From an uncultured Planctomycetota bacterium (GTDB lineage Bacteria > Planctomycetota > Planctomycetia > Isosphaerales > Isosphaeraceae): a stretch of DNA of 64,000 nt. The DNA is taken from assembly GCA_963845755.1 (NCBI GenBank), contig CAWJTV010000020.1, forward strand, positions 512,001-576,000. The letters are read 5' to 3'. Positions within the stretch are counted from its first letter, which is position 1, and the number at the start of each line of letters is the position of its first letter. The notes beneath the pieces are model-generated. The model was given only the letters and a program-made list of their open reading frames with translations, was not told the DNA's origin and ran no database searches. Below are positions 19,414 through 29,352 of the stretch, piece after piece. The translations under genes and the position numbers were made by a program.

Positions 19414-20445
19414 TCAAACCGGCGGCGGGTTCCGCTCGGCAAAGGGCCTCTGGTGCCAGTACGGGTAAGCGAGCGTCGTGGCGCTGGCGTCGTCGAGCCT
19501 GGCGATCTGGTCCCGGGTGAGATTCCACCCGACGGCGCCGAGGTTCTGCCTCAGTTGCTCCTCGTTGCGCGCGCCGATGATGACGTTCGCCACGCTCGGC
19601 CGCTGGAGCAGCCAGTTCAGGGCGATCTGCGGCACGGTCTTGCCGGTCTCCCGGGAAACCTCATCCAGGACATCAACGACCCGATAGATATACTCACTAT
19701 CGACCTGCGGCCCGACGTCAACCACGAGCTTGCTTTGGAGCCGGCTGTTCTCCGGCAACGGTCGACCACGGCGGACTTTTCCGGTCAGCCGACCCCAGCC
19801 CAGCGGGCTCCAGACGACCGCGCCGACCTTCTGGTCGAGCGCCAGCGGCATGAGTTCCCATTCGTAGTCGCGACCGATCAGCGAGTAATACGCCTGATGA
19901 GCAACATAACGCGCCAGGCCGTATCGTTCCGAAACGGCCAGCGACTTCATCAGGTGCCACCCCGAGAAGTTCGAGCATCCGATATAGCGGATCTTGCCCG
20001 CGCGCACCAGGTCGTCGAGGGTGCTCAGTACTTCCTCGACCGGCGTCATTGCGTCGAAGGCGTGGAGCTGGTAAAGGTCGATGGTATCGGTACCCAGCCG
20101 GCGCAGGGACGACTCGACCGCCCGGATCAGGTGGTAGCGGGACGAGCCGACGTTGTTGGGCCCAGGTCCATTGCGGAAGGTTCCCTTCGTGGAGATGATC
20201 ACCTGGTCGCGCCGACCCTTGATCGCCTGGCCCAGGATCTCCTCGGCCAGCCCGTTCGAATAGATGTCGGCCGAGTCGAACATGTTGAGACCGGCCTCGA
20301 GGCAGATATCAACCAGCCGGGTGGCCTCCGCGACGTCGCTGGCGCCCCATGCCTTGAAGAACTCGCCGCCCCCACCGAAGGTGCCCGTTCCGAGGCTCAA
20401 CGCAGGGACCTTGAACCCCGAGCCGCCGAGCTGCCGGTATTCCAT
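19414..20445 (-). CDS. Aldo/keto reductase
   Basis: MEYRQLGGSG..LSLGT; FDSADIYSNG; SLRRLGTDTIDLYQLH; GKIRYIGCSN; WSPLGWGRL; IIGAR. Confidence 0.95.
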   Translation of the reverse strand: MEYRQLGGSGFKVPALSLGTGTFGGGGEFFKAWGASDVAEATRLVDICLEAGLNMFDSADIYSNGLAEEILGQAIKGRRDQVIISTKGTFRNGPGPNNVGSSRYHLIRAVESSLRRLGTDTIDLYQLHAFDAMTPVEEVLSTLDDLVRAGKIRYIGCSNFSGWHLMKSLAVSERYGLARYVAHQAYYSLIGRDYEWELMPLALDQKVGAVVWSPLGWGRLTGKVRRGRPLPENSRLQSKLVVDVGPQVDSEYIYRVVDVLDEVSRETGKTVPQIALNWLLQRPSVANVIIGARNEEQLRQNLGAVGWNLTRDQIARLDDASATTLAYPYWHQRPFAERNPPPV

Positions 20446-20753
20446 GATCCATTGCCCTTTCTTGGTGTTTCCTTCGGGGTCGGGGGCTCGAAAACACGGG
20501 TGAGCCGGAGGACCGTTCTTGGCCTTCACGAGCCAGTTGGTCGCCACTATTCTACCGACCCGGCAAGTCGCGAGCCTTCGCATCGTTCTGGCGAGGCTGT
20601 CGCACTGGGGCTCTCGATTATCAACGCGGGCCCATCATCGATCCGACTTCGACGGAGTAACATGATGGATAGTCACCTTGAAGGGGTTGAGCGTCTGGCC
20701 GCCACCGGCATCGACCAGAGTCCCCACGTCGTTGACGATCGTCTGGACGCCTG

Positions 20754-21740
20754 TCAACGGAGCGCCGCGGCGCGGGCGAAGGCTGGGGCGTCGTCCACGA
20801 GTCGATCGACCGCCGTGATCCGCTGCGTGGTGCCGGCCGGACCGAGTATCGTCACGAGATTCGACTGGAGTTGTGAGAGCGCCTGCGGCGTCGGCACAAC
20901 CTCGTCGAACGCCGCGAGGTAGGCATCATCCAACTGCTGGTTGGATGCGCTCGGCACCGCGGCGCCGAGCCCTTCCAGGAGGTGCGCATCGCGATGCAAC
21001 ACGGCGCCGCCGGCCGCGCCGGCCTGGTTCTCGTTTTGGACGGTCCGCAAGTCCCGTTGAAGCCTGGCCTCGGCAGTGACCTTCTGAATGCCCCAACCAC
21101 GGAAGAACCCGCGGAGATGATGCGTGTAGTACAGTCCGGGGTCCTCGAAGTGATGTAGCTGTTGGGCGGAAGCGACGACTCGGCGTTCCGCAACGCGTAG
21201 AAGTCATTGGTGAATGTCTGGAACTCGTCCGCGCTAACGCCGGCCGAGGCCGCCAGGGTCCTCATATCCGTGAGTGTCTGGTCGATGAGCGGCTGCGGGA
21301 CGTCGAGGCTCTGGAGGTTCGTCGTCAGTCGAACCCGTCACCACGCCCCATCCGGAATTCTGGGCGGCGCCGTAAAGAGGAGATCGGTCAAGCTGGAGCG
21401 ACACGGCGACGGCCGTGTTATGCGCGGTCGCCTGGGGCAGACTGGCCGAGGATGCCGCCACGGAGATCGCTCGGGAATCGTCGCGCAGGGCGAGCAGTTC
21501 CCCCGGAGTGGCCTGCGACTTCAGCTCGAGCGTCTTCAACTCGCTCACGTAGTGGTCGTACTCATGACGAACGAATGCGGCACGCGAATTGAATTGTTGA
21601 GATGACGTGGAATAGGGCCAGAGAGAGTAGGTCGAGAACGGATTGTAACTGCTCAAAACTTGACGCGTTTCCAATCCCTCGGTGTACGGAATTAAATGGA
21701 GAGAGCGATTTTGCCCGTGCGGGCGGTTGTGGGGGGCCAT
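20754..21740 (-). CDS. Planctomycete extracellular protein with LEPRxLL-type N-terminal motif; helical; ~3 frameshifts
   Basis: N-terminal ..EGLETRQVLS motif; ORFs 21234, 20852 and 20754 form a continuous Ala/Gln-rich product. Confidence 0.6.
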
Positions 21741-22093
21741 GATCCGAATCCTTCCCTGGAATCAACGAGTCGGTCCGCGGGTCTGCGTCGACCCGGGGTT
21801 GTCGGCCCCGGGATCGGCAGAAGCGATGAATGTTGTTACGTCGCGGCGGGGAGGTCGGTTCGTCGCATGGCCACCGACTGAGAACACGCGCGACATGTTA
21901 CGTTCGAAAGCCTTTCGAGTGAAGAGAATCTGCAAGCTGCCCTTCCGTTCCGGAATCGCGAGGCAATCCTCGTCTGACCACGGGAACAGGAATCGACGCG
22001 AATTCCTCTCCGTCGCTAGACTGGATCTCTGGCGGTGTGGGCGAGTGCCATTCGCTGATTATCCGAGTCTGAGAGAGGATACAGGACTATCGA

Positions 22094-23101
22094 ATGAATC
22101 GACCGTACGAACGCGAACGAGAGGTGGCCATCCGTGCTGTACGGGAGGCGGCACGGTTGTGCCAGGCTGTGGCGGGGGAGATCTCGCCGGAGGTCCTGGC
22201 CAAGAAGGACAAGAGCCCTGTGACGGTCGCCGACTTCGGCAGCCAGGCTCTGATCTGTCGTACGCTTGGCGAGGCGTTCTCCGATGATCCGATCATCGCT
22301 GAGGAAGACGCGGCCGATCTGAGGCAGCCCGAAAACGCCGCCATTCTGGACCAGGTGCTGCGGCATGTCCGCGCGGTCCTGGCCGACGGCACTGATGAGC
22401 TCGACGCTGCCGGGGTCTGTCGATGGATTGATCGCGGTGGCACGAGCGAATATCGCGACCGTTTCTGGACGCTCGATCCGATCGACGGTACCAAGGGGTT
22501 CCTCCGGCGTGAGCAGTACGCCGTCGCTCTGGCACTTGTCGTCGGGGGACAGATCGCGGTTGCGGCACTCGCGTGTCCCAACCTGCCGGCGAGTGAAGCC
22601 GACCTGGTGCAACGCACCACAGGTTCCATCTTCTTCGCGATAAGAGGGCAGGGGGCGTTCGTCATCGTGGGAGATGCGAAACCGATCCCCGTGCATGTCA
22701 GCGCGCACGACGATCCATCGAACGTGCGGTTTTGTGAGTCGGTCGAGTCGGGTCACAGCGCGCATGGGGACGCAGCGTCCGTCGCCGACCGGCTGGGTAT
22801 GACGGCGCCCCCATTGCGCATGGACAGCCAGGCCAAGTATGCCGTCGTCGCTCGCGGCGAGGCCGATATCTACCTCCGTCTGCCCACCCGAGCCGACTAT
22901 CGCGAGAAGATCTGGGATCACGCCGCCGGAGCCCTGATCGTCGCCGAGGCCGGTGGAACCGTCTCCGACATCCACGGCCGGCCGCTCGAGTTCCACCACG
23001 GCCGAGAGCTGACCGCCAACCGCGGGGTCATCGTCACGAATGGCGGGCTGCACGAGCGCGTGCTCGATGCCGTTCGGGAGCTGGGGATCTCGTCCAATTA
23101 G
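22094..23101 (+). CDS. 3'(2'),5'-bisphosphate nucleotidase, HAL2/SAL1-like
   Basis: KKDKSPVTVADFGSQA; IAEED; WTLDPIDGTKGFLR; CESVESGHS; MDSQAKY; EKIWDHAAG. Confidence 0.92.
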   Translation: MNRPYEREREVAIRAVREAARLCQAVAGEISPEVLAKKDKSPVTVADFGSQALICRTLGEAFSDDPIIAEEDAADLRQPENAAILDQVLRHVRAVLADGTDELDAAGVCRWIDRGGTSEYRDRFWTLDPIDGTKGFLRREQYAVALALVVGGQIAVAALACPNLPASEADLVQRTTGSIFFAIRGQGAFVIVGDAKPIPVHVSAHDDPSNVRFCESVESGHSAHGDAASVADRLGMTAPPLRMDSQAKYAVVARGEADIYLRLPTRADYREKIWDHAAGALIVAEAGGTVSDIHGRPLEFHHGRELTANRGVIVTNGGLHERVLDAVRELGISSN

Positions 23102-23124
23102 TGGCTTGGGGCAAAGTGGCCACG

Positions 23125-24675
23125 ATGACCGAGGCAACCGAAGTCAAGCCGGACGAACCCGTCAAGGAGCAGCCGGGCTTTCGGCTGACTCGCTCGCTCG
23201 TCTTGCGCGGACTAGGCGTGGTCTATCTCTCCGCATTCAGCTCGCTGGCGGTGCAGATCGACGGGTTAGTCGGGTCACGGGGGATCCTGCCGGCGGCCGA
23301 GTATCTTGACCGTGTCGGTCAGGTCCTTGGGAAGGGGGCGGCGACTTACTGGCAGGTTCCGACACTGTTCTGGCTCGATTCTTCGGACAGGGCCCTGCAT
23401 GGCGTGTGCTGGAGCGGCGTGGGACTCAGCGTCCTGCTGATCGCCGGGATCCAGCCCGGTTCCTGCGTGACTCTGCTCTGGGTGTTCTACCTGTCGCTGA
23501 CTGTGGCAGGACAGGTGTTCCTCGGCTATCAGTGGGATTCCTTGCTGCTCGAGTCCGGGCTGCTGGCCTTACTCGTGACGCCCTGGGGCCTCCGCCTCAG
23601 TCGCGCCAGGCATAATCCCCCACCGTTCGCGATCTTCCTCTTCCGCTGGTTGGTCTTTCGTTTGATGTTCCAGTCAGGCGTGGTCAAGCTGACGAGCGGC
23701 GACCTGACCTGGCGCAACGGGACGGCCCTCGATTTTCATTACTACACACAGCCGCTGCCAACGTGGACGAGCTGGTACGTCCACCAGATGCCGGCCTGGT
23801 TTCAGATGCTGTCAATGGCGTTCATGTTCTATGCTGAGCTCGTCGCACCGTTCTTCGTTTTCGGGCCGAGAATCCTCCGGCTCATCGGGTTCGTCAGCAT
23901 CGTGCTGCTGCAATTGCTCATCGCGGCGACCGGCAACTACGGGTTCTTCAACCTGCTGACCATGGTCCTCTGCTTTTCCTTGCTCGACGATCGGGATTGG
24001 CGCTGGGTATCGGAAAGGTTGTGGCGTACGGCGGGGAAATCGGTGGTTCTCTCCCATCCCGCACCGCGCTCCCCGAACCTCGTCGCACGGGTTGTCGTGG
24101 GCATTGTCGGCGGTATCCTCGTCGCGGTGACCTCCGGTCAGACGCTGGAGACGCTGGACACTGTCTCGCCGTGGTGGTGCACACCCGTCAGGATGGTCAT
24201 ACAGGTCCCGATCCAGGTGCTCGGCGAGTGGCTCGACCCGTTGCGGAGCGCCAATTCCTATGGGCTGTTCCGGGTCATGACTCAGGAACGGCCCGAGATC
24301 ACCGTCGAGGGGAGCGACGACGGCGTGAACTGGAGGCCGTACCGATTCCGCTGGAAGCCCGTCGAGCTGGACCGCCGCCCGCGCTTTGCAACGCCGCATA
24401 TGCCGCGGCTCGACTGGCAGATGTGGTTCGCGGCCCTCGCAGGGGATTGCCGCGCCGCGCCGTGGTTCATCCGGTTCGAAGAACGACTCCTCGATGGCGC
24501 GCCGGAGGTCCTCGCGCTGCTCCGCGAGAACCCGTTCCCGATGCGGCCACCCCGATACCTTCGCGCCCGGCTGGCCCAGTACGCGTTCACCTCGTGGGGT
24601 TCGCGCGATTGGTGGGCCAGCGAAGAAGATGGACTATTCTGTCCACCGATAAGGGCCCCGGTGGATAACCGGTGA
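23125..24675 (+). CDS. Lipase maturation factor (LMF) family membrane protein
   Basis: YQWDSLLLE; FRLMFQSGVVK; HYYTQPLP; TGNYGFFN; NSYGLFRVMT.ERPEI; PHMPRLDWQMWFAAL. Confidence 0.93.
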   Translation: MTEATEVKPDEPVKEQPGFRLTRSLVLRGLGVVYLSAFSSLAVQIDGLVGSRGILPAAEYLDRVGQVLGKGAATYWQVPTLFWLDSSDRALHGVCWSGVGLSVLLIAGIQPGSCVTLLWVFYLSLTVAGQVFLGYQWDSLLLESGLLALLVTPWGLRLSRARHNPPPFAIFLFRWLVFRLMFQSGVVKLTSGDLTWRNGTALDFHYYTQPLPTWTSWYVHQMPAWFQMLSMAFMFYAELVAPFFVFGPRILRLIGFVSIVLLQLLIAATGNYGFFNLLTMVLCFSLLDDRDWRWVSERLWRTAGKSVVLSHPAPRSPNLVARVVVGIVGGILVAVTSGQTLETLDTVSPWWCTPVRMVIQVPIQVLGEWLDPLRSANSYGLFRVMTQERPEITVEGSDDGVNWRPYRFRWKPVELDRRPRFATPHMPRLDWQMWFAALAGDCRAAPWFIRFEERLLDGAPEVLALLRENPFPMRPPRYLRARLAQYAFTSWGSRDWWASEEDGLFCPPIRAPVDNR

Positions 24676-24772
24676 TGGCTCCATCCGCATATGGTACCAG
24701 CCGAGAATCGACTGCAGCCGATTCGATCAGAAGTTGACGGACTCAGCGACCTGGCTTACAGTCGATTGGCGA

Positions 24773-27649
24773 ATGTTTGACAAGTATTCAAGCGGCGTCG
24801 AGGGTGTTGCGTTGCAATCGCGATGGTTTCTCATCGGAGCGTTCTGGCTGCTTGGGATGGTCCGTAGCGAGGCGCGCGCGGATGAAGCGTCGCTGAAGCG
24901 TCGTTTTCCGGACGTCGTGAAACCATTCTTGAACCAGTATTGCATCGACTGTCACGGCGAGCGGAAGAAGGAAGCCAAGCTGGATTTGAGCGTCTATTCG
25001 TCCGTGGATGATGTTGTTAAGGCTCAAGGAGTGTGGGAACACGTCGCCGAACGGCTCGAGGCGGATGAGATGCCGCCGGAAGAGGCGAAGCGGCATCCGA
25101 AGCCGCACGAGCGCCTCGCGGTAATCGCGTGGGTCTCGGAGCTGCGCGAGCAGGAAGCGCGGCGGAATGCGGGCGACCCGGGCCCGGTCCTGGCTCATCG
25201 GCTCAGCAACGCGGAGTTCGACTACACGATCCGCGACCTGACCGGCGTCGACATCCGGCCAACCCGCGAGTTCCCCGTGGATCCGGCGAATGAGGCGGGT
25301 TTCGACAACTCGGGTGAATCGCTGGCGATGTCGCCGGCACTGCTCAAGAAATACCTGGCGGCAGTGCGACGGGTCGCCGACCATCTGGTCTTCATGCCGG
25401 ACAGCTTGGCCTTCGCGCCCCATTCGGCGGTCACGGACACCGATCGCGACAAGTTCTGCGTCAGGCGGATCGTCAACTTCTATCAGCAGCATCAGGTCGA
25501 CTACGGCGATTACTTCCTGGCCGCCTGGCATTTCCAGCACCGAGGCGAACTGAGAAAGCCGAAAGCGACACTCAGCGACTGCGCCACGGAGGCTCGAGTG
25601 AGCCCCAGGTATTTGGCCACTGTCTGGACGGTGCTGACCGCACCAGGCCCAGAATCCGGCCCGAGCGCGGAATTGCAAGAACTCTGGCGCAGGTTACCAT
25701 CGGACGTATCGAAGATCGCGGAAGCACGACGCGATTGCGAACGGATGCGCGACCAGGTCATCCGCACGCGGAAGGCAATTGCGCCGCGCGTGAAGATCAT
25801 GCAAGTGAGAGGTATCTCGAAGGGAAGTCAACCCTTCGTGCTCTGGAATAATCGTCAGCTCGCCGCGCAACGGACGCAGTATCCAGACTGCGGCAATCCT
25901 GACCTCATGCGGTTCTGTGCCACCTTCCCCGATACGTTCTTCGTGATCGATCGGCCCCCGTATTTTGAACCGGAGTCCGCCCCATCGGGACGGCTCTTGA
26001 CGGCCGGGTTCCACCTGATGCAAGGCTACTATAGGGACGACGCGCCACTCTACGAACTGGTGCTCGACGACGCGGACCGACGTGAGCTCGATGCGCTCTG
26101 GTATCAGCTCGATTTCGTCGCCTCGGTTGCAATGCGACAGTATCGGGATTTCATCTTCTTCGAACGCGCCGAGCCGCCGCGGTTCATGCAGGAGGCCAGG
26201 TTCGACTTCGCCCGCGTCGAGGACAAGGACTCCACGAGCGAGGTCAAGATGTCGCGACTCGGCGCGGCATATCTCGAGAAGGCTCGCAAGTTCGGAGCCG
26301 ACGACCGTGCGCTCGAGGCGATCCAGGACTATTTCACGACGATGTCCGCCCGGATCCGTCGAGTCGAGCGCGACCGGATTGCTGCGGAGCCGCGCCATCT
26401 CGAGGCGCTCGCGAAGTTCGCCGAACGTGCCTACCGCCGGCCGTTGTCGCGCCGGGAGCGCGATGAGCTGGTCGCATTCTATCGCGAGTCGCGAGTCTCG
26501 GGCGGCCTGAGCCACGAGGAGGCGATTCGCGACGCCCTGGCGAGCATCCTGTTATCGCCCCAGTTCTGTTTCCGCATCGACCCGGCGCCGGCCGGCGAGT
26601 CGGTCCAACCGCTGTCCGACTATGCCCTGGCCAGCCGGCTAAGCTACTTCCTCTGGTCGAGTATGCCCGATGAGGATCTGCTCGCTCATGCCGCCAGGGG
26701 CGATCTGCACAAGCCGGAAGTTCTGGTCGCGCAAGCACGGCGGATGCTGCGCGACCGCCGAGTCCACGGCCTGGCGACCGAGTTCGCCGGCAACTGGCTG
26801 GCGTTCCGCCGGTTCGAGGAGCACAACGGCGTCGATCGTCGGCGGTTCCCCGAGTTCACAAACGACCTCCGCCAGGCGATTTACGAGGAACCGATCCGTT
26901 TCTTCCTCGACGTCGCGCAGAAGGATGGCTCGGTGCTCAACTTCCTCGATTCCGATCATACGTTCGTCAACCCGGTCCTGGCGAAGCATTACCGCATCCC
27001 GCTGGGTGGCGTTCGGGCGGGCGACTGGGTCCGCGTCGACGACGTGCGGCGATACGGAAGAGGCGGCCTTTTGCCGATGTCGGTGTTCCTGACGGGCAAC
27101 TCGCCGGGCTTGCGGACGAGCCCCGTCAAGCGCGGATACTGGGTGGTCCGTCAGATGCTGGGTGAGACGATTCCCCCTCCGCCGCCGAATGTCCCCGAGT
27201 TGCCGAAGGATGAGGCGAATCTGGGCAAGCTAACGTTGCCGCAACTCCTGGCCCGGCACCGCGAGGCCAAGGAGTGTGCAGGATGCCACCGGCGGTTCGA
27301 TTCCATCGGGCTGGCGTTCGAGGGTTACGGACCGATAGGCGAGCGCCGGGAGCGCGACCTGGGGGGACATCCGGTCGTTACTCATGCCATCTTCCCCGAC
27401 GGCAGCGAAGGGGCCGGTCTCAACGGCCTCCGCCGGTATCTCTCCGAACGGCGTAAAGAGGAGTTCGTCGAGAATCTCTGCCGCAAACTGCTCGCCTACG
27501 CTCTGAGCCGCACCCTGATACCATCGGACCAGTTGTCCATCAAGGCGATGCGGACTCGGCTCTCCGGCGATGGGTATCGCTTTGGCGGCCTGATCGAGTC
27601 CATCGTGACCAGCCCACAATTCCTCAACAGGCGGGGCGGCAATCCGTAG
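24773..27649 (+). CDS. DUF1587/1592/1588/1585-type planctomycete protein with N-terminal cytochrome c (start uncertain)
   Basis: YCIDCHG; HRLSNAEFDYTIRDLTG; LASRLSYFLWSSMPD; RTSPVKRGYWV; CAGCH. Confidence 0.9.
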   Translation: MFDKYSSGVEGVALQSRWFLIGAFWLLGMVRSEARADEASLKRRFPDVVKPFLNQYCIDCHGERKKEAKLDLSVYSSVDDVVKAQGVWEHVAERLEADEMPPEEAKRHPKPHERLAVIAWVSELREQEARRNAGDPGPVLAHRLSNAEFDYTIRDLTGVDIRPTREFPVDPANEAGFDNSGESLAMSPALLKKYLAAVRRVADHLVFMPDSLAFAPHSAVTDTDRDKFCVRRIVNFYQQHQVDYGDYFLAAWHFQHRGELRKPKATLSDCATEARVSPRYLATVWTVLTAPGPESGPSAELQELWRRLPSDVSKIAEARRDCERMRDQVIRTRKAIAPRVKIMQVRGISKGSQPFVLWNNRQLAAQRTQYPDCGNPDLMRFCATFPDTFFVIDRPPYFEPESAPSGRLLTAGFHLMQGYYRDDAPLYELVLDDADRRELDALWYQLDFVASVAMRQYRDFIFFERAEPPRFMQEARFDFARVEDKDSTSEVKMSRLGAAYLEKARKFGADDRALEAIQDYFTTMSARIRRVERDRIAAEPRHLEALAKFAERAYRRPLSRRERDELVAFYRESRVSGGLSHEEAIRDALASILLSPQFCFRIDPAPAGESVQPLSDYALASRLSYFLWSSMPDEDLLAHAARGDLHKPEVLVAQARRMLRDRRVHGLATEFAGNWLAFRRFEEHNGVDRRRFPEFTNDLRQAIYEEPIRFFLDVAQKDGSVLNFLDSDHTFVNPVLAKHYRIPLGGVRAGDWVRVDDVRRYGRGGLLPMSVFLTGNSPGLRTSPVKRGYWVVRQMLGETIPPPPPNVPELPKDEANLGKLTLPQLLARHREAKECAGCHRRFDSIGLAFEGYGPIGERRERDLGGHPVVTHAIFPDGSEGAGLNGLRRYLSERRKEEFVENLCRKLLAYALSRTLIPSDQLSIKAMRTRLSGDGYRFGGLIESIVTSPQFLNRRGGNP

Positions 27650-27726
27650 GCAGCCGGCAGTAGATAGAAGACGATGTTGAGTGAGACTTTGCTGGCCTTG
27701 CCCGTGATAGCCGACCCGGAACCGAC

Positions 27727-29061
27727 ATGATGACGTCCGACCATCCCCGACTCAACCGGCGAACGGTACTCCGCGGCGCGGGTGTCGCCATGGCGTTGCC
27801 CTGGCTCGAATCGATCCCCGTCTGGGGCGACGAGCCGGCGGCTCACGGAGCGGCGCAGACCTTCCCGCGCCGGTTCGCCGCGCTGTTCATGGGCAACGGG
27901 ATCAACCCGGACCACTGGTGGGCCAAGGGCTCGGGCTCGAGTATGGAGCTGAGCAAGAGTCTCCAGCCCCTGGATCCGCTCAAGACTCGATTGAACGTGA
28001 TCACGGGGCTGTTCAACAAGCATGCCACCGGAGTCGGCATCCATCCGGGTCAGACGGGGAACATCCTCTCGGGAGCGGCGCTTCAGAAGGGAGCGGTGCT
28101 CAAGGGCGGCGTGAGCATGGACCAGGTGCTCGCGGCCCGGCTTGGCGAGGAGACACCGCAGCCGAGCCTCGTCCTGGGCTGCGAGCAGCCACTTACCGGC
28201 TACCACGAGACGAACTTCTCGATGGCGTATAGCTCGCACATCTCGTGGCAGGACGCGCTCTCGCCGGTTCCGATGGAGGTCTATCCGTCGCTCGCTTTCG
28301 ACAGCCTCTTCGATAATTCGGAGAGCCAGCGGGCGCGGAGCATCCTGGACCGAGTGAAGGCGCACGCCGCCGACCTCGGTCGTCAGGTTAGCCAAGCCGA
28401 TCGGGCCAAGCTCGATGAGTATCTCACCAGCGTGCGCGAAGTCGAGAAACGAGTCGAACGTTCCCGCGCGATGAAAGACCGGGCCGACGACCGAGCCCAG
28501 AAACGCGGGAACCTTGCCATCACCATGCGCCGTCCCGACAATGGGCTTCCTGAAGATATCCGCGAGCACATGCGTCTGATGTGCGACATCATCGCCATGG
28601 CGTTCCAGACCGATAAGACGCGCGTCGCCACCCTGTTGCTCTGCCGCGACCTCTCGGGCCTGTTCTATCCGTTCCTCGACGTCCGGATGGCGCACCACCC
28701 CGCTTCGCACAGTGACCGGTCCGACGCCTATGAGCGCGTGTCGCGATACTACGTCAGCCAGCTTGCGTATCTCGCCGGCCGGCTCGCCGCGATGCCCGAA
28801 GGCGATCGCACTGTGCTCGATCACTCCTGCATCATGTTTATCTCGAATTTATGGTCGGGCAGCAAGCACGACTCGGGCAAAGTGCCGGTCCTCCTTGCTG
28901 GCGGCCTGGGCGAGACGCTCGAGACCGGCCGGGTCCTCGATCACACCAAGAGCGGCGACGAGAACCGCAAGCTGTGCAGCCTGTACCTTTCGATCATGGA
29001 TCGCATGGGAGTGAAGCAAGATCGGTTCGGAGACTCCGACATGCGCCTCGCACGGCTGTGA
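27727..29061 (+). CDS. DUF1552 family protein
   Basis: NRRTVLRGAGVAMALPWLES; SMDQV; DRAKLDEYLTSVREVE; AFQTDKTRVAT; adjacent to its usual DUF1592 partner. Confidence 0.92.
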   Translation: MMTSDHPRLNRRTVLRGAGVAMALPWLESIPVWGDEPAAHGAAQTFPRRFAALFMGNGINPDHWWAKGSGSSMELSKSLQPLDPLKTRLNVITGLFNKHATGVGIHPGQTGNILSGAALQKGAVLKGGVSMDQVLAARLGEETPQPSLVLGCEQPLTGYHETNFSMAYSSHISWQDALSPVPMEVYPSLAFDSLFDNSESQRARSILDRVKAHAADLGRQVSQADRAKLDEYLTSVREVEKRVERSRAMKDRADDRAQKRGNLAITMRRPDNGLPEDIREHMRLMCDIIAMAFQTDKTRVATLLLCRDLSGLFYPFLDVRMAHHPASHSDRSDAYERVSRYYVSQLAYLAGRLAAMPEGDRTVLDHSCIMFISNLWSGSKHDSGKVPVLLAGGLGETLETGRVLDHTKSGDENRKLCSLYLSIMDRMGVKQDRFGDSDMRLARL

Positions 29062-29094
29062 GCCGCGGCGAAGCCGAGAAACGGACCAAGCCGT

Positions 29095-29301
29095 TGTGGG
29101 CCTGTAACCTCCACCCCCTTGGCCGCTCCGGACCGCCACCTCGAACGTCTTCCGCCCCATCAGGACCGGATCGATGGTCTTCCAGTAGTCGGCCATAACG
29201 GCCGCCGCTTCCTCACCCCATAACAGCCAGTCCACTGCATGGTCAGGGTGCGCAAGGTAGTTATCCAGGCTATTCGTCCCGCCGAAGGTAGCCTTCCGCA
29301 T
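29095..29301 (-). pseudogene. Dihydrofolate reductase/RibD C-terminal family protein, 3'-truncated
   Basis: MRK....NSLDNYLA.PD.AVDWL...YWKTID.VLMGRKTFE; similarity stops after ~65 aa and runs into the DUF1552 3' end. Confidence 0.7.
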
Positions 29302-29352
29302 TGCTCGCCCTCCCGATTGCTGAGACGTTCTCGAATCAGGAATCAAGATGCC

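Noticed and set aside
19453..20922. Long antisense or alternate-frame ORFs (e.g. 19453+, 15831-, 27496-, 46464+, 60792-)
   Set aside because: Shadow ORFs of high-GC genes; the opposite strand carries the recognisable family motifs.
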